NCBI RefSeq assembly: GCF_963518475.1
Contig: NZ_CAUQJA010000001.1
Coordinates: 78,018 to 142,017 of the forward strand
Source of the DNA: an uncultured Streptococcus sp.
Lineage (GTDB): Bacteria > Bacillota > Bacilli > Lactobacillales > Streptococcaceae
DNA length: 64,000 bases
Direction: 5' to 3'
Positions 40,193-50,672 of this stretch are shown in pieces. Positions within the stretch are counted from its first letter, which is position 1. Each line of letters starts with the position of its first letter. The notes below the pieces were generated by a model, which did not search any database, was not told the origin of the DNA, and saw only the letters and a list, made by a program, of their open reading frames with translations. Position numbers and translations under genes: made by a program.

Positions 40193-40357
40193 ATGAAGAA
40201 AAAAATACTGATTATTTTCGTTCTATATCTGATCATGTCTATCCTTCTTTATCCGCTTAGGGAGAGTATTTGGTATCATCTATTTTATACCATAGCCTAT
40301 ATGATTGCGGTTGTGATCTATTTTGCTTTAACTAAAAAGAAAGGAGCAAAGAAATGA
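40193..40357 (+). CDS. 54-aa two-TM peptide (immunity-like small ORF, below the track cutoff)
   Basis: MKKKILIIFVLYLIMSILLYPLRESIWYHLFYTIAYMIAVVIYFALTKKKGAKK. RBS aggagg. ATGA overlap with the next gene. Confidence 0.6.
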   Translation: MKKKILIIFVLYLIMSILLYPLRESIWYHLFYTIAYMIAVVIYFALTKKKGAKK

Positions 40358-40758
40358 AAGCTTTTCTTGCTAAAAAACGGAACATCTTCCTTACGAGATT
40401 GTTCCTAGGTCAGTTGCCTTTACTTGTTTCTACTTATCTATTTCTATCTCGTCAGTTTTTAAATTTTTCCTTAATTTTTCAATTTCTTTTAGTGGTTATT
40501 AACTTGGCATCTATTTTGGTTACTGTTTACCTCACTAGGGAAATGAGGATAAGAGAATTTGAAGATGATGATTTGGTTAGTCCTAGAACCAATCAACTTA
40601 TGTATATCGGCTTGATAGGTTTTATGTCTATTATTTGTTTGTATAGAGGTATCACAGCGGGAGAATCCTATCAACAATTAATTGCCTATATTGGCGCTAT
40701 TCTCTGCTTTATCATCATGCTTCTGCTCATTTGGGGCTTGAAGTATTATAAAAAGTAG
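40354..40758 (+). CDS. 134-aa 4-TM membrane protein (bacteriocin-immunity-like)
   Basis: Hydrophobic. Translationally coupled to the 54-aa ORF within the blp-type operon. Confidence 0.6.
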   Translation: MKAFLAKKRNIFLTRLFLGQLPLLVSTYLFLSRQFLNFSLIFQFLLVVINLASILVTVYLTREMRIREFEDDDLVSPRTNQLMYIGLIGFMSIICLYRGITAGESYQQLIAYIGAILCFIIMLLLIWGLKYYKK

Positions 40759-40815
40759 GGAAGAACTTTCTTCTTAATCTGCGACTAGTATATAGTCTGG
40801 CAAGAGGAGGTTATC

Positions 40816-41064
40816 ATGTATAAACACTTATTTTTCCTAGATTCCAAAACCTTAGACTGGTTGACACCTTATATTCTGGTCTTGGCTTCTGACACCATTG
40901 CCTTTAATGTTTTTGTGTTAACCTTTGTATCTGCGGTGGTCTTTAATTCCCTAAATTCCATGCTAGCTTTAATGGCTATATTCTTAGGGGGTGGTTATGT
41001 GGTCGGATTTTGGTTACTCAAATGGTTTGTTTTGGAAAGGTTAGAGCTTAAGGATGACTTGTAG
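40816..41064 (+). CDS. blpZ: BlpZ-like small membrane protein
   Basis: 82 aa starting MYKHLFFLDSKTLDWLTPYIL, which matches my recollection of pneumococcal BlpZ. RBS agaggagg. Confidence 0.6.
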   Translation: MYKHLFFLDSKTLDWLTPYILVLASDTIAFNVFVLTFVSAVVFNSLNSMLALMAIFLGGGYVVGFWLLKWFVLERLELKDDL

Positions 41065-41094
41065 GGAAGTTTGTTTGTTGAGGAGGATAGTTTT

Positions 41095-41700
41095 ATGGCC
41101 ATTTTCAATAAGTGCCATGCCTTATTTTTGGGATTTTTAGTATTTGCAATCATTGGTACAGCGGGATATTCCGTCAATCAAGGGGATTATTTTCAACACC
41201 AGTACACATTCATTATTATAAAGAGTCTCTTGCTTTTCCTTAGTTTTGGCTATGCGAAATGGTTTGACATGATTTCTTTTGGGATGTTAAGCAGGAAACA
41301 ACTCTTGCTGTTCATTGGAATTTTTCTTCTCACTGTGCTTGTAAGTATTAGCTATCATGCTTTTTTCTCAGTTGTTTCTGGTGCTTCGGATCAACACCTT
41401 GAGGAAGCTAGTAAAGGACTTTCGCTTTCCTTTATTGTTAGTGCTACAGTTTTGGCACCTATCCAGGAGGAATTCATGCTTAGAGGGCTTCTTCAAGGTG
41501 CAGTTTTTGATAATTCTTGGCTGGGGCTTGTACTGACTTCCTCTCTCTTTTCTTTCATGCATGAACCTTATGATATTCCTTCGTTTTGCTATTATCTTTT
41601 CGGGGGCTTGTTGCTGGGCTTTGCTTATAAAAAGAGCCAGAATTTGTGGGTTTCTACTCTAGTCCATATGTTTTACAACAGTTTACCACTTTTAACTTAA
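41095..41700 (+). CDS. CAAX protease / Abi-family membrane protein (PncP/BlpP-like), copy 1
   Basis: Motifs QEEFMLRG, FSFMH and HMFYN. Start after gaggagga. Confidence 0.8.
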   Translation: MAIFNKCHALFLGFLVFAIIGTAGYSVNQGDYFQHQYTFIIIKSLLLFLSFGYAKWFDMISFGMLSRKQLLLFIGIFLLTVLVSISYHAFFSVVSGASDQHLEEASKGLSLSFIVSATVLAPIQEEFMLRGLLQGAVFDNSWLGLVLTSSLFSFMHEPYDIPSFCYYLFGGLLLGFAYKKSQNLWVSTLVHMFYNSLPLLT

Positions 41701-41850
41701 ACTCAATGAAAATTAAAGAGCAAACTAGGAAACTAGCCGCAGGTTGCTCAAAAGAGTATTTTGAGGTTGTGGATAGAACTGACGAAGTCAGTAACCATAC
41801 CTATGGCAAGGCGACGTTGACGTGGTTTGAAGAGGTTTTCGAAGAGTATA
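41699..41850 (-). repeat. BOX element (inverted orientation, C-B-A as read on the plus strand)
   Basis: aactcaatgaaaa ... ttttcgaagagtata is the reverse complement of the BOX termini. Confidence 0.9.
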
Positions 41851-41895
41851 AAATGGTTTGTTTTGGAAAGACTAGAGTTAAAGGATGACTTGTAG
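41851..41895 (+). pseudogene. Duplicated 3' fragment of blpZ (last 14 codons plus stop)
   Basis: Encodes KWFVLERLELKDDL*, identical in amino acids to the blpZ end at 41020-41064. There are three nucleotide differences, all synonymous. Confidence 0.8.
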
Positions 41896-41925
41896 GGAAG
41901 TCTGTTTGTTGAGGAGGATAATTTT

Positions 41926-42537
41926 ATGAAGTTTTTTGATAAATTTCATGCCTTTTGTTTTGGATTTTTAGTACTACTAATCGTCATTACAGTTCCTTAT
42001 ACGATTAACCACGGGGATTTTTTTCAAAATGAATCTGAATTGATTATTGTAAGTCTTCTTGTAACCTCGCTGAGTGTTGCTTATGCTAGAAAGTTTGAAA
42101 TGATTTCTTTTGGGATGTTAAGCAAGAAAGACCTTTTGCTTTTCATTGCAATCTTTCTTCTAAGTGTACTTGAGACGCTGGTTTATATTCATTTCTTCGC
42201 TGTTTCTTCTGGCGCGGGAGTTCAACACTTGGCGGAAGTCAGCAGAGGAATTTCTCTGTCTTTGATTTTGACTTCCTCAGTTTTTGGTCCCATCCAGGAG
42301 GAACTCATTTTCAGAGGACTTCTTCAAGGTGCCGTTTTTGACAATTCTTGGTTAGGGCTTGTGCTAACTTCCTCTCTCTTTTCTTTCATGCATGGACCTT
42401 CTAATGTCCCTTCGTTTATTTTTTATCTACTTGGGGGCTTGTTGCTGGGCTTTGCTTATAAAAAGAGCCAAAACTTATGGGTTTCTACTCTAGTCCACAT
42501 GTTTTACAACAGTTGGCCACTCTTATATTATTTATAA
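41926..42537 (+). CDS. CAAX protease / Abi-family membrane protein, copy 2
   Basis: Motifs QEELIFRG, FSFMH and HMFYN. The upstream 75 nt are duplicated from 41020-41094. Confidence 0.8.
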   Translation: MKFFDKFHAFCFGFLVLLIVITVPYTINHGDFFQNESELIIVSLLVTSLSVAYARKFEMISFGMLSKKDLLLFIAIFLLSVLETLVYIHFFAVSSGAGVQHLAEVSRGISLSLILTSSVFGPIQEELIFRGLLQGAVFDNSWLGLVLTSSLFSFMHGPSNVPSFIFYLLGGLLLGFAYKKSQNLWVSTLVHMFYNSWPLLYYL

Positions 42538-42547
42538 AAATTATGAA

Positions 42548-42580
42548 AAGGTAAGTAGGAGATTGTGCTTACCTTTTTCT
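42548..42580 (+). terminator. Terminator of the blp-type immunity operon
   Basis: aaggtaag / cttacctt stem plus T-run. Confidence 0.8.
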
Positions 42581-42698
42581 TTCTATAATGATACCCAAGC
42601 CAATCTAGAGGCTTTTCTTTGAGAATCGGGTGTGGAGCGGTTGACGAATAGCCCAAAAACTAGTAGAATAGTAAGGAAACTTTATACGGAGGAAAGAA

Positions 42699-43493
42699 AT
42701 GGATTTGGGTGATAATGAGCTAACACTGACTCCCATACCTGGGAAAAGTGGCAAGGCTTATATGGGTAGCTATCCTGATGGGAAGCGCATCTTTGTAAAA
42801 ATGAACACCTCTCCAATCCTACCTGGTCTAGCTAGAGAACAAATTGCTCCACAATTATTATGGAGTCGCCGTTTGGCAGATGGGCGTGATATGTGTGCTC
42901 AAGAATGGTTGACAGGCAAGATATTGACCCCCTATGATATGAATCGTAAACAAATCGTCAATATTTTAACCCGTCTTCATCGCTCACGTCCGTTGATGAC
43001 ACAGTTGAGTCGTTTGGGGTATGCCATGGAAACACCTGTAGATTTACTGCAGTCTTGGCAGGAAACTGCTCCAGATGCTTTGCGTAAAAATCATTTTATC
43101 AGTGAAGTGATGGCTGATTTACGTCAGACTATTCCAGGATTTAGAGAGGACCATGCGACCATTGTCCATGGAGATGTACGACATAGTAATTGGATTGAGA
43201 CAGACAGTGGCTTGATTTATTTGGTGGATTGGGATTCGGTTCGTTTGACCGACCGCATGTTTGATGTGGCCCATATGCTCTGTCATTATATTCCAGAACA
43301 TCAGTGGAAGGAATGGTTGACCTACTACGGTTACAAGTACAATCAAACAGTATTAAGTAAATTGTATTGGTACGGTCAGTTCTCTTATTTGAGCCAGATT
43401 TCCAAGTATTATATGAACCAAGATTTAGAAAATGTCAATCGGGAGATCCATGGCTTGCGTCACTTCCGAGACAAGTATGGAAAGAGAAGATGA
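42699..43493 (+). CDS. ccrZ: APH/choline-kinase-fold phosphotransferase family protein (CcrZ-like cell-cycle regulator)
   Basis: 264 aa with HGDVRHSNW and DWD kinase-like motifs. ATGA overlap with trmB, as I recall for pneumococcal ccrZ. Confidence 0.6.
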   Translation: MDLGDNELTLTPIPGKSGKAYMGSYPDGKRIFVKMNTSPILPGLAREQIAPQLLWSRRLADGRDMCAQEWLTGKILTPYDMNRKQIVNILTRLHRSRPLMTQLSRLGYAMETPVDLLQSWQETAPDALRKNHFISEVMADLRQTIPGFREDHATIVHGDVRHSNWIETDSGLIYLVDWDSVRLTDRMFDVAHMLCHYIPEHQWKEWLTYYGYKYNQTVLSKLYWYGQFSYLSQISKYYMNQDLENVNREIHGLRHFRDKYGKRR

Positions 43494-44125
43494 GAGTTAG
43501 AAATCGTAAAGGGGCGACAGAATTACTAGAGGCAAATCCCCAGTATGTGGTCCTCAATCCCTTGGAAGCCAAGGGGAAATGGCGGGACTTGTTTGGCAAT
43601 GATAATCCCATTCATGTGGAAGTTGGAAGTGGAAAGGGTGCTTTTGTTTCAGGTATGGCTAAGCAAAACCCTGACATCAACTATATCGGGATTGATATTC
43701 AAAAGTCTGTTTTGAGCTACGCTTTGGACAAGGTGCTTGAAGTTGGAGTGCCTAACATCAAGCTCTTGTGGGTAGATGGTTCTGACTTGACCGACTACTT
43801 TGAAGACGGTGAGATTGATCGTTTGTATCTGAACTTTTCAGATCCATGGCCGAAAAAACGCCATGAAAAGCGTCGTTTGACCTACAAAACCTTCTTGGAT
43901 ACCTTCAAACGTATCTTGCCTGAAAATGGAGAAATTCATTTCAAGACGGATAACCGTGGCTTGTTTGAGTACAGCCTAGTGAGCTTTTCTCAGTATGGCA
44001 TGAAGCTCAATGGTATCTGGCTAGACTTACATGACAGTGATTTTGAAGGCAATGTCATGACAGAATACGAGCAAAAATTCTCCAACAAGGGGCAAGTTAT
44101 CTACCGAGTTGAGGCTCAGTTTTAA
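43490..44125 (+). CDS. trmB: tRNA (guanine-N7)-methyltransferase
   Basis: MRVRNRKGA..., EVGSGKG and [10 protein letters not shown] motifs. Confidence 0.93.
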   Translation: MRVRNRKGATELLEANPQYVVLNPLEAKGKWRDLFGNDNPIHVEVGSGKGAFVSGMAKQNPDINYIGIDIQKSVLSYALDKVLEVGVPNIKLLWVDGSDLTDYFEDGEIDRLYLNFSDPWPKKRHEKRRLTYKTFLDTFKRILPENGEIHFKTDNRGLFEYSLVSFSQYGMKLNGIWLDLHDSDFEGNVMTEYEQKFSNKGQVIYRVEAQF

Positions 44126-44290
44126 TCTAAAGAGATTTCAAAAAACTGTTTCGCACTCAAAAAGTTATCATATATTCTAAGGATTTAGTTCTGTATTGCA
44201 CAGAATTAGGTCCTTTTAGTTTGATTTCAAAACGGTTGGTTTTTGCTAAGTGTGTATTTGCGGCCAGATAAGTGGTATAATGAAAAGGTT

Positions 44291-45460
44291 ATGAGAAATA
44301 GTATAAATCCTTTTGTATTCTATCTTTTCTTTTTCCTTGTGATAGTTGGTTTGATTTTTTCTGATTATCAACAACATAGACAAGTAGAGGTGCAAGCAGA
44401 AACAGAGGCCCAAGTAGAAAAAACTGAGACAACTATTGAAACCAGTGAAGGAGAGGAAAATAAGGTTATCGAAGACAGATTGGCCACGATGACCTTGGAG
44501 GAGAAAGTAGGACAATTATTTTGGGCCAGAGTTCCTTCTAATCATCAGATAGAAGATCTTCAATCCTATCATTTGTCTGGGTATATCTTATTTGGCAGAG
44601 ATTTTGAGGGACGAAGCATAGAGGATTTAAAGGCTTTGACAAAGGACTACCAAGCTGCTGCCAAGATTCCTTTATTGATTGGTTCAGATGAAGAAGGAGG
44701 GACAGTGACTCGTATCAGTTCGATTTTAGAAACTCCTTTCCGATCTCCTAGGGCACTTTATCAGCAAGGGGGAATGGAGGCGGTGCTTTCTGATACGAAG
44801 CAGAAGGCAGAGTTACTAAAATCTGTTGGCATCAATGCTGGCCTTTTCCCGGTTGCGGATCTTGCAAGGGACCAGTCAGCCTTCATTTATGATCGAACGA
44901 TTGGACAAGATGTCCAAACAACTGCAAGCTATGTTCAGCAGGTCGTAGAAGAACTTAAAAAGAGTAAGGTTGGGTCAACCTTGAAACATTTTCCAGGATA
45001 TGGAGATAATGGAGATAGTCATACCGCTATTATCCAAGACAACCGTTCTCTGGATGAATTAAGACAAGCAGATTTTCTTCCCTTTCAAGCTGGGATAGAT
45101 GCAGGGGCAGATAGTGTCTTAGTCTCTCACAATATCTTATCTAAAATTGACACGGTGCCATCATCTATCTCACCGAAAATCACTGACCTTCTTCGGAAGG
45201 AACTGCATTTCAAAGGTGTCATTATGACAGATGATTTTGATATGGCAGGAATAGCCGATTTTGTCAGTCAGGACGAGGCTGCTTTTCAAGTGATTGTAGC
45301 TGGAAATGACCTGATTCTAGGGTCTTCATATCAAACCCAGATTCCTTATCTATTAAAGAAAATTTCCTCTGGAGAACTGACAGAAGAGCGTATTGATGAG
45401 TCTGTGAGACGTATTTTAACTTGGAAATACGACTTAGGATTATTAGGAGAGGCGCAGTAA
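44291..45460 (+). CDS. GH3 beta-N-acetylhexosaminidase-like protein with an N-terminal membrane anchor
   Basis: Motifs GSDEEGG and KHFPGYG. The start is uncertain (TTG 44243 or ATG 44291). Confidence 0.75.
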   Translation: MRNSINPFVFYLFFFLVIVGLIFSDYQQHRQVEVQAETEAQVEKTETTIETSEGEENKVIEDRLATMTLEEKVGQLFWARVPSNHQIEDLQSYHLSGYILFGRDFEGRSIEDLKALTKDYQAAAKIPLLIGSDEEGGTVTRISSILETPFRSPRALYQQGGMEAVLSDTKQKAELLKSVGINAGLFPVADLARDQSAFIYDRTIGQDVQTTASYVQQVVEELKKSKVGSTLKHFPGYGDNGDSHTAIIQDNRSLDELRQADFLPFQAGIDAGADSVLVSHNILSKIDTVPSSISPKITDLLRKELHFKGVIMTDDFDMAGIADFVSQDEAAFQVIVAGNDLILGSSYQTQIPYLLKKISSGELTEERIDESVRRILTWKYDLGLLGEAQ

Positions 45461-45587
45461 GTCTTGTAAGCCTAGACAAAAAGCTTCAAGGTTAAATCCT
45501 TGCAGGTTAGCTTGATTTGTGTTATACTTGTAGCAAGAATATGAAAAGTGAGGCGGGGAAATATCTTCGCCTCTTGCTTATGAGGAG

Positions 45588-46067
45588 GTGGACGCAATCG
45601 CAACAATCGTAGAATTAGTCAGAGAAGTTGTAGAACCTGTCATAGAAGCACCTTTCGAACTCGTGGATATCGAGTATGGAAAGATTGGCAGTGACATGAT
45701 TCTCAGTATTTTTGTAGATAAACCTGAAGGAATTACCTTGAACGACACGGCAGACTTGACAGAAATTATCAGTCCTGTCCTAGACACCATCAAGCCAGAT
45801 CCCTTCCCAGAACAATATTTCCTAGAAATCACCAGTCCAGGCTTGGAACGTCCTTTGAAAACCAAGGATGCCGTAGCTGGAGCGGTTGGGAAATACATCC
45901 ATGTCGGGCTCTACCAAGCCATCGATAAGCAAAAAGTCTTTGAAGGAACTCTGTTGGCCTTTGAAGAGGACGAGTTGACCATGGAATATATGGACAAGAC
46001 GCGTAAGAAAACCGTCCAAATTCCATACAGTTTAGTATCAAAAGCACGTTTAGCAGTTAAATTATAG
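45588..46067 (+). CDS. rimP: Ribosome maturation factor RimP
   Basis: 159 aa. Lies upstream of nusA. Confidence 0.88.
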   Translation: MDAIATIVELVREVVEPVIEAPFELVDIEYGKIGSDMILSIFVDKPEGITLNDTADLTEIISPVLDTIKPDPFPEQYFLEITSPGLERPLKTKDAVAGAVGKYIHVGLYQAIDKQKVFEGTLLAFEEDELTMEYMDKTRKKTVQIPYSLVSKARLAVKL

Positions 46068-46110
46068 AAAAAGAAAGGATAGCTTTTGAGGATTCAAAAG
46101 TGAAGAAAAC

Positions 46111-47247
46111 ATGAGTAAAGAAATGCTAGAGGCCTTCCGCATTTTGGAAGAAGACAAGGGAATCAAAAAAGAAGATATCATCGACGCAGTAGTAGAGTCG
46201 CTTCGTTCCGCTTATCGCAGACGCTATGGTCAATCAGACAGCGTAGCTATTGACTTTAACGAAAAAACAGGTGACTTTACAGTTTATACTGTCCGTGAAG
46301 TGGTTGATGAAGTATTTGATAGCCGTTTGGAAATCAGCTTGAAAGACGCTCTTGCCATTAATTCAGCCTATGAACTTGGTGACAAAATCAAGTTTGAAGA
46401 AGCACCTGCTGAGTTTGGTCGTGTAGCAGCTCAATCTGCCAAACAAACCATCATGGAAAAAATGCGCAAGCAAACACGTGCCATCACTTACAATACTTAC
46501 AAAGAACATGAGCAAGAAATCATGTCTGGTACAGTAGAACGCTTTGACAACCGCTTTATCTATGTCAATCTCGGTAGCATCGAAGCCCAATTGTCAAAAC
46601 AAGACCAAATTCCTGGTGAAGTTTTTGCTTCTCATGATCGTATCGAAGTGTATGTCTACAAGGTTGAAGACAACCCTCGCGGTGTCAACGTCTTTGTTAG
46701 CCGTAGCCATCCAGAAATGATCAAACGCTTGATGGAGCAAGAAATTCCAGAAGTTTATGATGGAACTGTTGAAATCATGAGCGTGGCTCGAGAAGCTGGT
46801 GACCGTACTAAGGTTGCCGTTCGTAGCCATAATCCAAACGTAGACGCTATCGGTACAATCGTTGGACGCGGCGGAGCGAATATCAAGAAGATTACTAGCA
46901 AGTTCCACCCAGCACGTTACGATGCCAAGAGCGACCGTATGGTGCCAATCGAAGAAAACATAGACGTTATCGAGTGGGTAGCAGATCCAGCTGAATTTAT
47001 CTACAATGCCATCGCTCCTGCTGAAGTTGACCAAGTTATCTTTGATGAAAACGACAGCAAACGTGCCTTGGTGGTTGTTCCTGATAACAAGCTTTCTCTT
47101 GCCATCGGTCGTCGTGGGCAAAACGTTCGCTTGGCAGCTCACTTGACTGGTTACCGTATCGATATCAAGTCTGCTAGCGAATTTGAAGCCATGGAAGAAG
47201 CTGGTTCGGTAGATTTGGAAGCAGAAAACGATACTGTAGAAGAATAA
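46111..47247 (+). CDS. nusA: Transcription termination/antitermination factor NusA
   Basis: 378 aa with S1 and KH domains. Confidence 0.96.
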   Translation: MSKEMLEAFRILEEDKGIKKEDIIDAVVESLRSAYRRRYGQSDSVAIDFNEKTGDFTVYTVREVVDEVFDSRLEISLKDALAINSAYELGDKIKFEEAPAEFGRVAAQSAKQTIMEKMRKQTRAITYNTYKEHEQEIMSGTVERFDNRFIYVNLGSIEAQLSKQDQIPGEVFASHDRIEVYVYKVEDNPRGVNVFVSRSHPEMIKRLMEQEIPEVYDGTVEIMSVAREAGDRTKVAVRSHNPNVDAIGTIVGRGGANIKKITSKFHPARYDAKSDRMVPIEENIDVIEWVADPAEFIYNAIAPAEVDQVIFDENDSKRALVVVPDNKLSLAIGRRGQNVRLAAHLTGYRIDIKSASEFEAMEEAGSVDLEAENDTVEE

Positions 47248-47268
47248 AAGCTGCTAGAGGAGGGAAAG

Positions 47269-47562
47269 ATGAAAACGAGAAAAATCCCTTTGCGCAAGTC
47301 TGTTGTGTCCAATGAAGTGATTGATAAGCGTGATTTGCTCCGCATTGTCAAGAACAAGGAAGGACAAGTCTTTATCGATCCGACAGGCAAGGCCAATGGC
47401 CGTGGCGCTTATATCAAGCTAGACAATAAAGAAGCCCTAGAGGCGAAAAAGAAGAAGGTCTTTAACCGTAGCTTTGACATGGAAGTAGAAGAAAGCTTTT
47501 ATGACGAGTTGATTGCTTATGTGGATCATAAAGTAAAAAGAAGAGAGTTAGGACTTGAATAA
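47269..47562 (+). CDS. ylxR: YlxR (DUF448) RNA-binding protein
   Basis: RKIPLRKSVV...GRGAYI motif. Confidence 0.88.
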   Translation: MKTRKIPLRKSVVSNEVIDKRDLLRIVKNKEGQVFIDPTGKANGRGAYIKLDNKEALEAKKKKVFNRSFDMEVEESFYDELIAYVDHKVKRRELGLE

Positions 47563-47854
47563 GCAAAAGATAAGCAATCTCTTGGGACTTGCTCAGCGAG
47601 CAGGGCGGATCATATCGGGTGAAGAATTGGTCGTTAAAGCCATTCAAGATGGCAAGGCCAAGTTGGTCTTTCTAGCTCATGATGCTGGACCCAATCTGAC
47701 CAAGAAGATTCAAGATAAAAGTCATTATTATCAAGTAGAAATTGTAACCGTGTTTTCAACACTGGAATTAAGCATAGCAGTCGGGAAATCGAGAAAGGTT
47801 TTGGCTGTAACAGATGCTGGATTTACAAAGAAAATGAGGTCTCTTATGGAATAG
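47555..47854 (+). CDS. ylxQ: L7Ae-family RNA-binding protein YlxQ
   Basis: [18 protein letters not shown] start. Confidence 0.85.
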   Translation: MNKQKISNLLGLAQRAGRIISGEELVVKAIQDGKAKLVFLAHDAGPNLTKKIQDKSHYYQVEIVTVFSTLELSIAVGKSRKVLAVTDAGFTKKMRSLME

Positions 47855-47870
47855 AAGAGGAGGACATGAT

Positions 47871-50672
47871 TTGTCTAAGAAAAGATTGTACGAAATCGCA
47901 AAAGAACTTGGAAAAGAAAGTAAGGAAGTTGTAGCGCGTGCAAAAGAGTTGGGCTTGGATGTGAAAAGCCACTCATCAAGTGTGGAAGAAGCTGTCGCTG
48001 CAAAAATCGCTGCCAGCTTTAAGTCCGCAGCTGCTCCGAAAGAAGAAGCAAAACCTGCAGCACCAAAAGCAAGTGCAGAAAAGAAAGCCGAAAAATCTGA
48101 GCCAGCTAAACCAGCTGTAGCTAAGGAAGAGGCAAAACCTGCTGAGCCAGTCGCTCCTAAAGCAGAAAAAGCAGCGGCTAAACCGCAAAGCCGTAATTTC
48201 AAGGCTGAGCGTGAAGCCCGTGCCAAAGAGCAGGCAGAACGACGCAAGCAAAATAAAGGCAATAACCGTGACCAACAACAAAACGGAAACCGTCAGAAAA
48301 ACGACGGCCGTAATGGTGGAAAACAAGGTCAAGGCAACCGCGATAATCGTCGCTTTAATGACCAAGCTAAGAAACAGCAAGGTCAGCAAAATCGTGGTAA
48401 TGAGCGCCGTCAACAAGAGGACAAACGTCCAAATCAAGCGGCTCCACGCATTGACTTTAAAGCCCGTGCAGCAGCCCTAAAAGCAGAGCAAAATGCAGAG
48501 TACGCACGTTCAAGCGAGGAACGCTTCAAGCAGTATCAGGCTGCTAAAGAAGCCTTGGCTCAAGCTAACAAACGCAAGGAACCAGAGGAAATCTTTGAAG
48601 AAGCGGCTAAGTTAGCTGAACAAGCGCAACAAGCACAGCAAGTTCAAGCAGTGGTTGAAGTCGTCCCTGAGAAAAAAGAACCTGCAGTGGATACACGTCG
48701 TAAAAAACAAGCTCGACCAGACAAAAATCGTGACGATTATGATCACGAAGAAGATGGTCCTAGAAAACAACAAAAGAATCGAAGTAGTCAAAATCAAGTG
48801 AGAAATCAAAAGAATAGTAACTGGAATAACAATAAGAAGAACAAAAAAGGCAATAACAAGAACAACCGTAATCAGGCTCCAAAACCTGTTACAGAGCGTA
48901 AATTCCATGAATTGCCAACAGAATTTGAGTATACAGATGGTATGACTGTTGCGGAAATCGCAAAACGTATCAAACGTGAACCAGCTGAAATCGTTAAGAA
49001 ACTCTTTATGATGGGTGTTATGGCAACACAAAACCAATCTTTGGATGGGGAAACAATTGAACTCCTCATGGTGGATTATGGTATCGAAGCCAAACAAAAG
49101 GTTGAAGTGGATAATGCCGACATCGAACGTTTCTTTGTCGAAGATGGTTATCTTAATGAAGATGAATTGGTTGAGCGTCCACCAGTTGTAACTATCATGG
49201 GACACGTTGACCACGGTAAAACAACCCTCTTGGATACCCTTCGTAACTCTCGCGTCGCGACAGGTGAAGCAGGTGGTATCACTCAGCATATCGGTGCCTA
49301 CCAAATCGTTGAGAATGGCAAGAAGATTACCTTTCTTGATACACCAGGACACGCGGCCTTTACCTCTATGCGTGCGCGTGGTGCATCTGTTACCGATATT
49401 ACCATCTTGGTTGTAGCGGCTGACGACGGGGTTATGCCTCAAACTATCGAAGCCATCAACCACTCAAAAGCGGCCAACGTTCCAATTATCGTAGCCATCA
49501 ACAAGATTGATAAACCAGGTGCCAACCCAGAACGTGTTATCGGTGAATTGGCAGAGCATGGAGTTATGTCAACGGCTTGGGGTGGAGATTCTGAATTTGT
49601 TGAAATCTCGGCTAAATTCAATCAAAACATTGAAGAATTGTTGGAAACAGTCCTTCTTGTGGCTGAAATCCAAGAACTCAAGGCAGACCCAACAGTTCGT
49701 GCTATTGGTACAGTTATCGAAGCACGCTTGGATAAAGGAAAAGGTGCGGTCGCAACCCTTCTTGTTCAACAAGGTACCTTGAATGTCCAAGATCCAATCG
49801 TTGTCGGAAATACCTTCGGTCGTGTTCGTGCTATGACTAATGACCTTGGTCGTCGTGTTAAGGTTGCAGGCCCATCAACACCAGTTTCTATCACAGGTTT
49901 GAATGAAGCGCCGATGGCGGGTGACCACTTTGCCGTTTACGAAGATGAAAAATCTGCGCGTGCAGCCGGTGAAGAGCGTGCCAAACGTGCCCTCATGAAA
50001 CAACGCCAAGCTACTCAACGTGTCAGCCTTGAAAACCTCTTTGATACGCTTAAAGCTGGTGAACTTAAGTCAGTTAACGTTATCATCAAGGCCGACGTAC
50101 AAGGTTCTGTTGAAGCCCTTTCTGCCTCACTTCAAAAAATCGATGTGGAAGGTGTCAAAGTGACCATCGTCCACTCAGCAGTCGGTGCCATCAACGAATC
50201 TGACGTAACCCTTGCCGAAGCTTCAAATGCTTTCATCGTTGGTTTCAACGTACGCCCTACACCACAAGCTCGTCAACAAGCAGAAGCTGACGATGTAGAA
50301 ATCCGTCTCCACAGCATTATCTATAAGGTTATCGAAGAGATGGAAGAAGCTATGAAAGGGATGCTTGATCCAGAATTCGAAGAAAAAGTTATCGGTGAAG
50401 CAGTTATTCGTGAAACCTTCAAGGTGTCTAAAGTGGGAACTATCGGTGGATTCATGGTTATCAACGGTAAGGTTACCCGTGACTCTAAAGTTCGTGTTAT
50501 CCGTGACGGTGTTGTTATCTATGATGGCGAACTCGCAAGCTTGAAACACTACAAAGACGACGTCAAAGAAGTTACAAATGGTCGTGAAGGTGGATTGATG
50601 ATTGACGGCTACAATGATATCAAGACTGATGATGTGATTGAGGCTTATGTCATGGAAGAAATCAAACGATAA
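47871..50672 (+). CDS. infB: Translation initiation factor IF-2
   Basis: TTG start ([14 protein letters not shown]), a low-complexity K/A/Q/N-rich linker and a GTPase domain (GHVDHGKTT). Confidence 0.97.
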   Translation: MSKKRLYEIAKELGKESKEVVARAKELGLDVKSHSSSVEEAVAAKIAASFKSAAAPKEEAKPAAPKASAEKKAEKSEPAKPAVAKEEAKPAEPVAPKAEKAAAKPQSRNFKAEREARAKEQAERRKQNKGNNRDQQQNGNRQKNDGRNGGKQGQGNRDNRRFNDQAKKQQGQQNRGNERRQQEDKRPNQAAPRIDFKARAAALKAEQNAEYARSSEERFKQYQAAKEALAQANKRKEPEEIFEEAAKLAEQAQQAQQVQAVVEVVPEKKEPAVDTRRKKQARPDKNRDDYDHEEDGPRKQQKNRSSQNQVRNQKNSNWNNNKKNKKGNNKNNRNQAPKPVTERKFHELPTEFEYTDGMTVAEIAKRIKREPAEIVKKLFMMGVMATQNQSLDGETIELLMVDYGIEAKQKVEVDNADIERFFVEDGYLNEDELVERPPVVTIMGHVDHGKTTLLDTLRNSRVATGEAGGITQHIGAYQIVENGKKITFLDTPGHAAFTSMRARGASVTDITILVVAADDGVMPQTIEAINHSKAANVPIIVAINKIDKPGANPERVIGELAEHGVMSTAWGGDSEFVEISAKFNQNIEELLETVLLVAEIQELKADPTVRAIGTVIEARLDKGKGAVATLLVQQGTLNVQDPIVVGNTFGRVRAMTNDLGRRVKVAGPSTPVSITGLNEAPMAGDHFAVYEDEKSARAAGEERAKRALMKQRQATQRVSLENLFDTLKAGELKSVNVIIKADVQGSVEALSASLQKIDVEGVKVTIVHSAVGAINESDVTLAEASNAFIVGFNVRPTPQARQQAEADDVEIRLHSIIYKVIEEMEEAMKGMLDPEFEEKVIGEAVIRETFKVSKVGTIGGFMVINGKVTRDSKVRVIRDGVVIYDGELASLKHYKDDVKEVTNGREGGLMIDGYNDIKTDDVIEAYVMEEIKR

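Noticed and set aside
41646-41888. 80-aa ORF in the track spanning the end of CAAX copy 1 and the following region
   Set aside because: It reads straight through the inverted BOX element and into the duplicated blpZ fragment, so it is an artefact of the repeat.
46594-47142. 182-aa minus-strand ORF within nusA
   Set aside because: It is antisense to nusA and has no start context.
47768-49463. Minus-strand ORFs of 164, 153 and 283 aa, plus alternate-frame plus-strand ORFs, within infB
   Set aside because: They are shadows of the biased K/A/Q/N-rich linker and the GTPase region of IF-2, with implausible low-complexity products.
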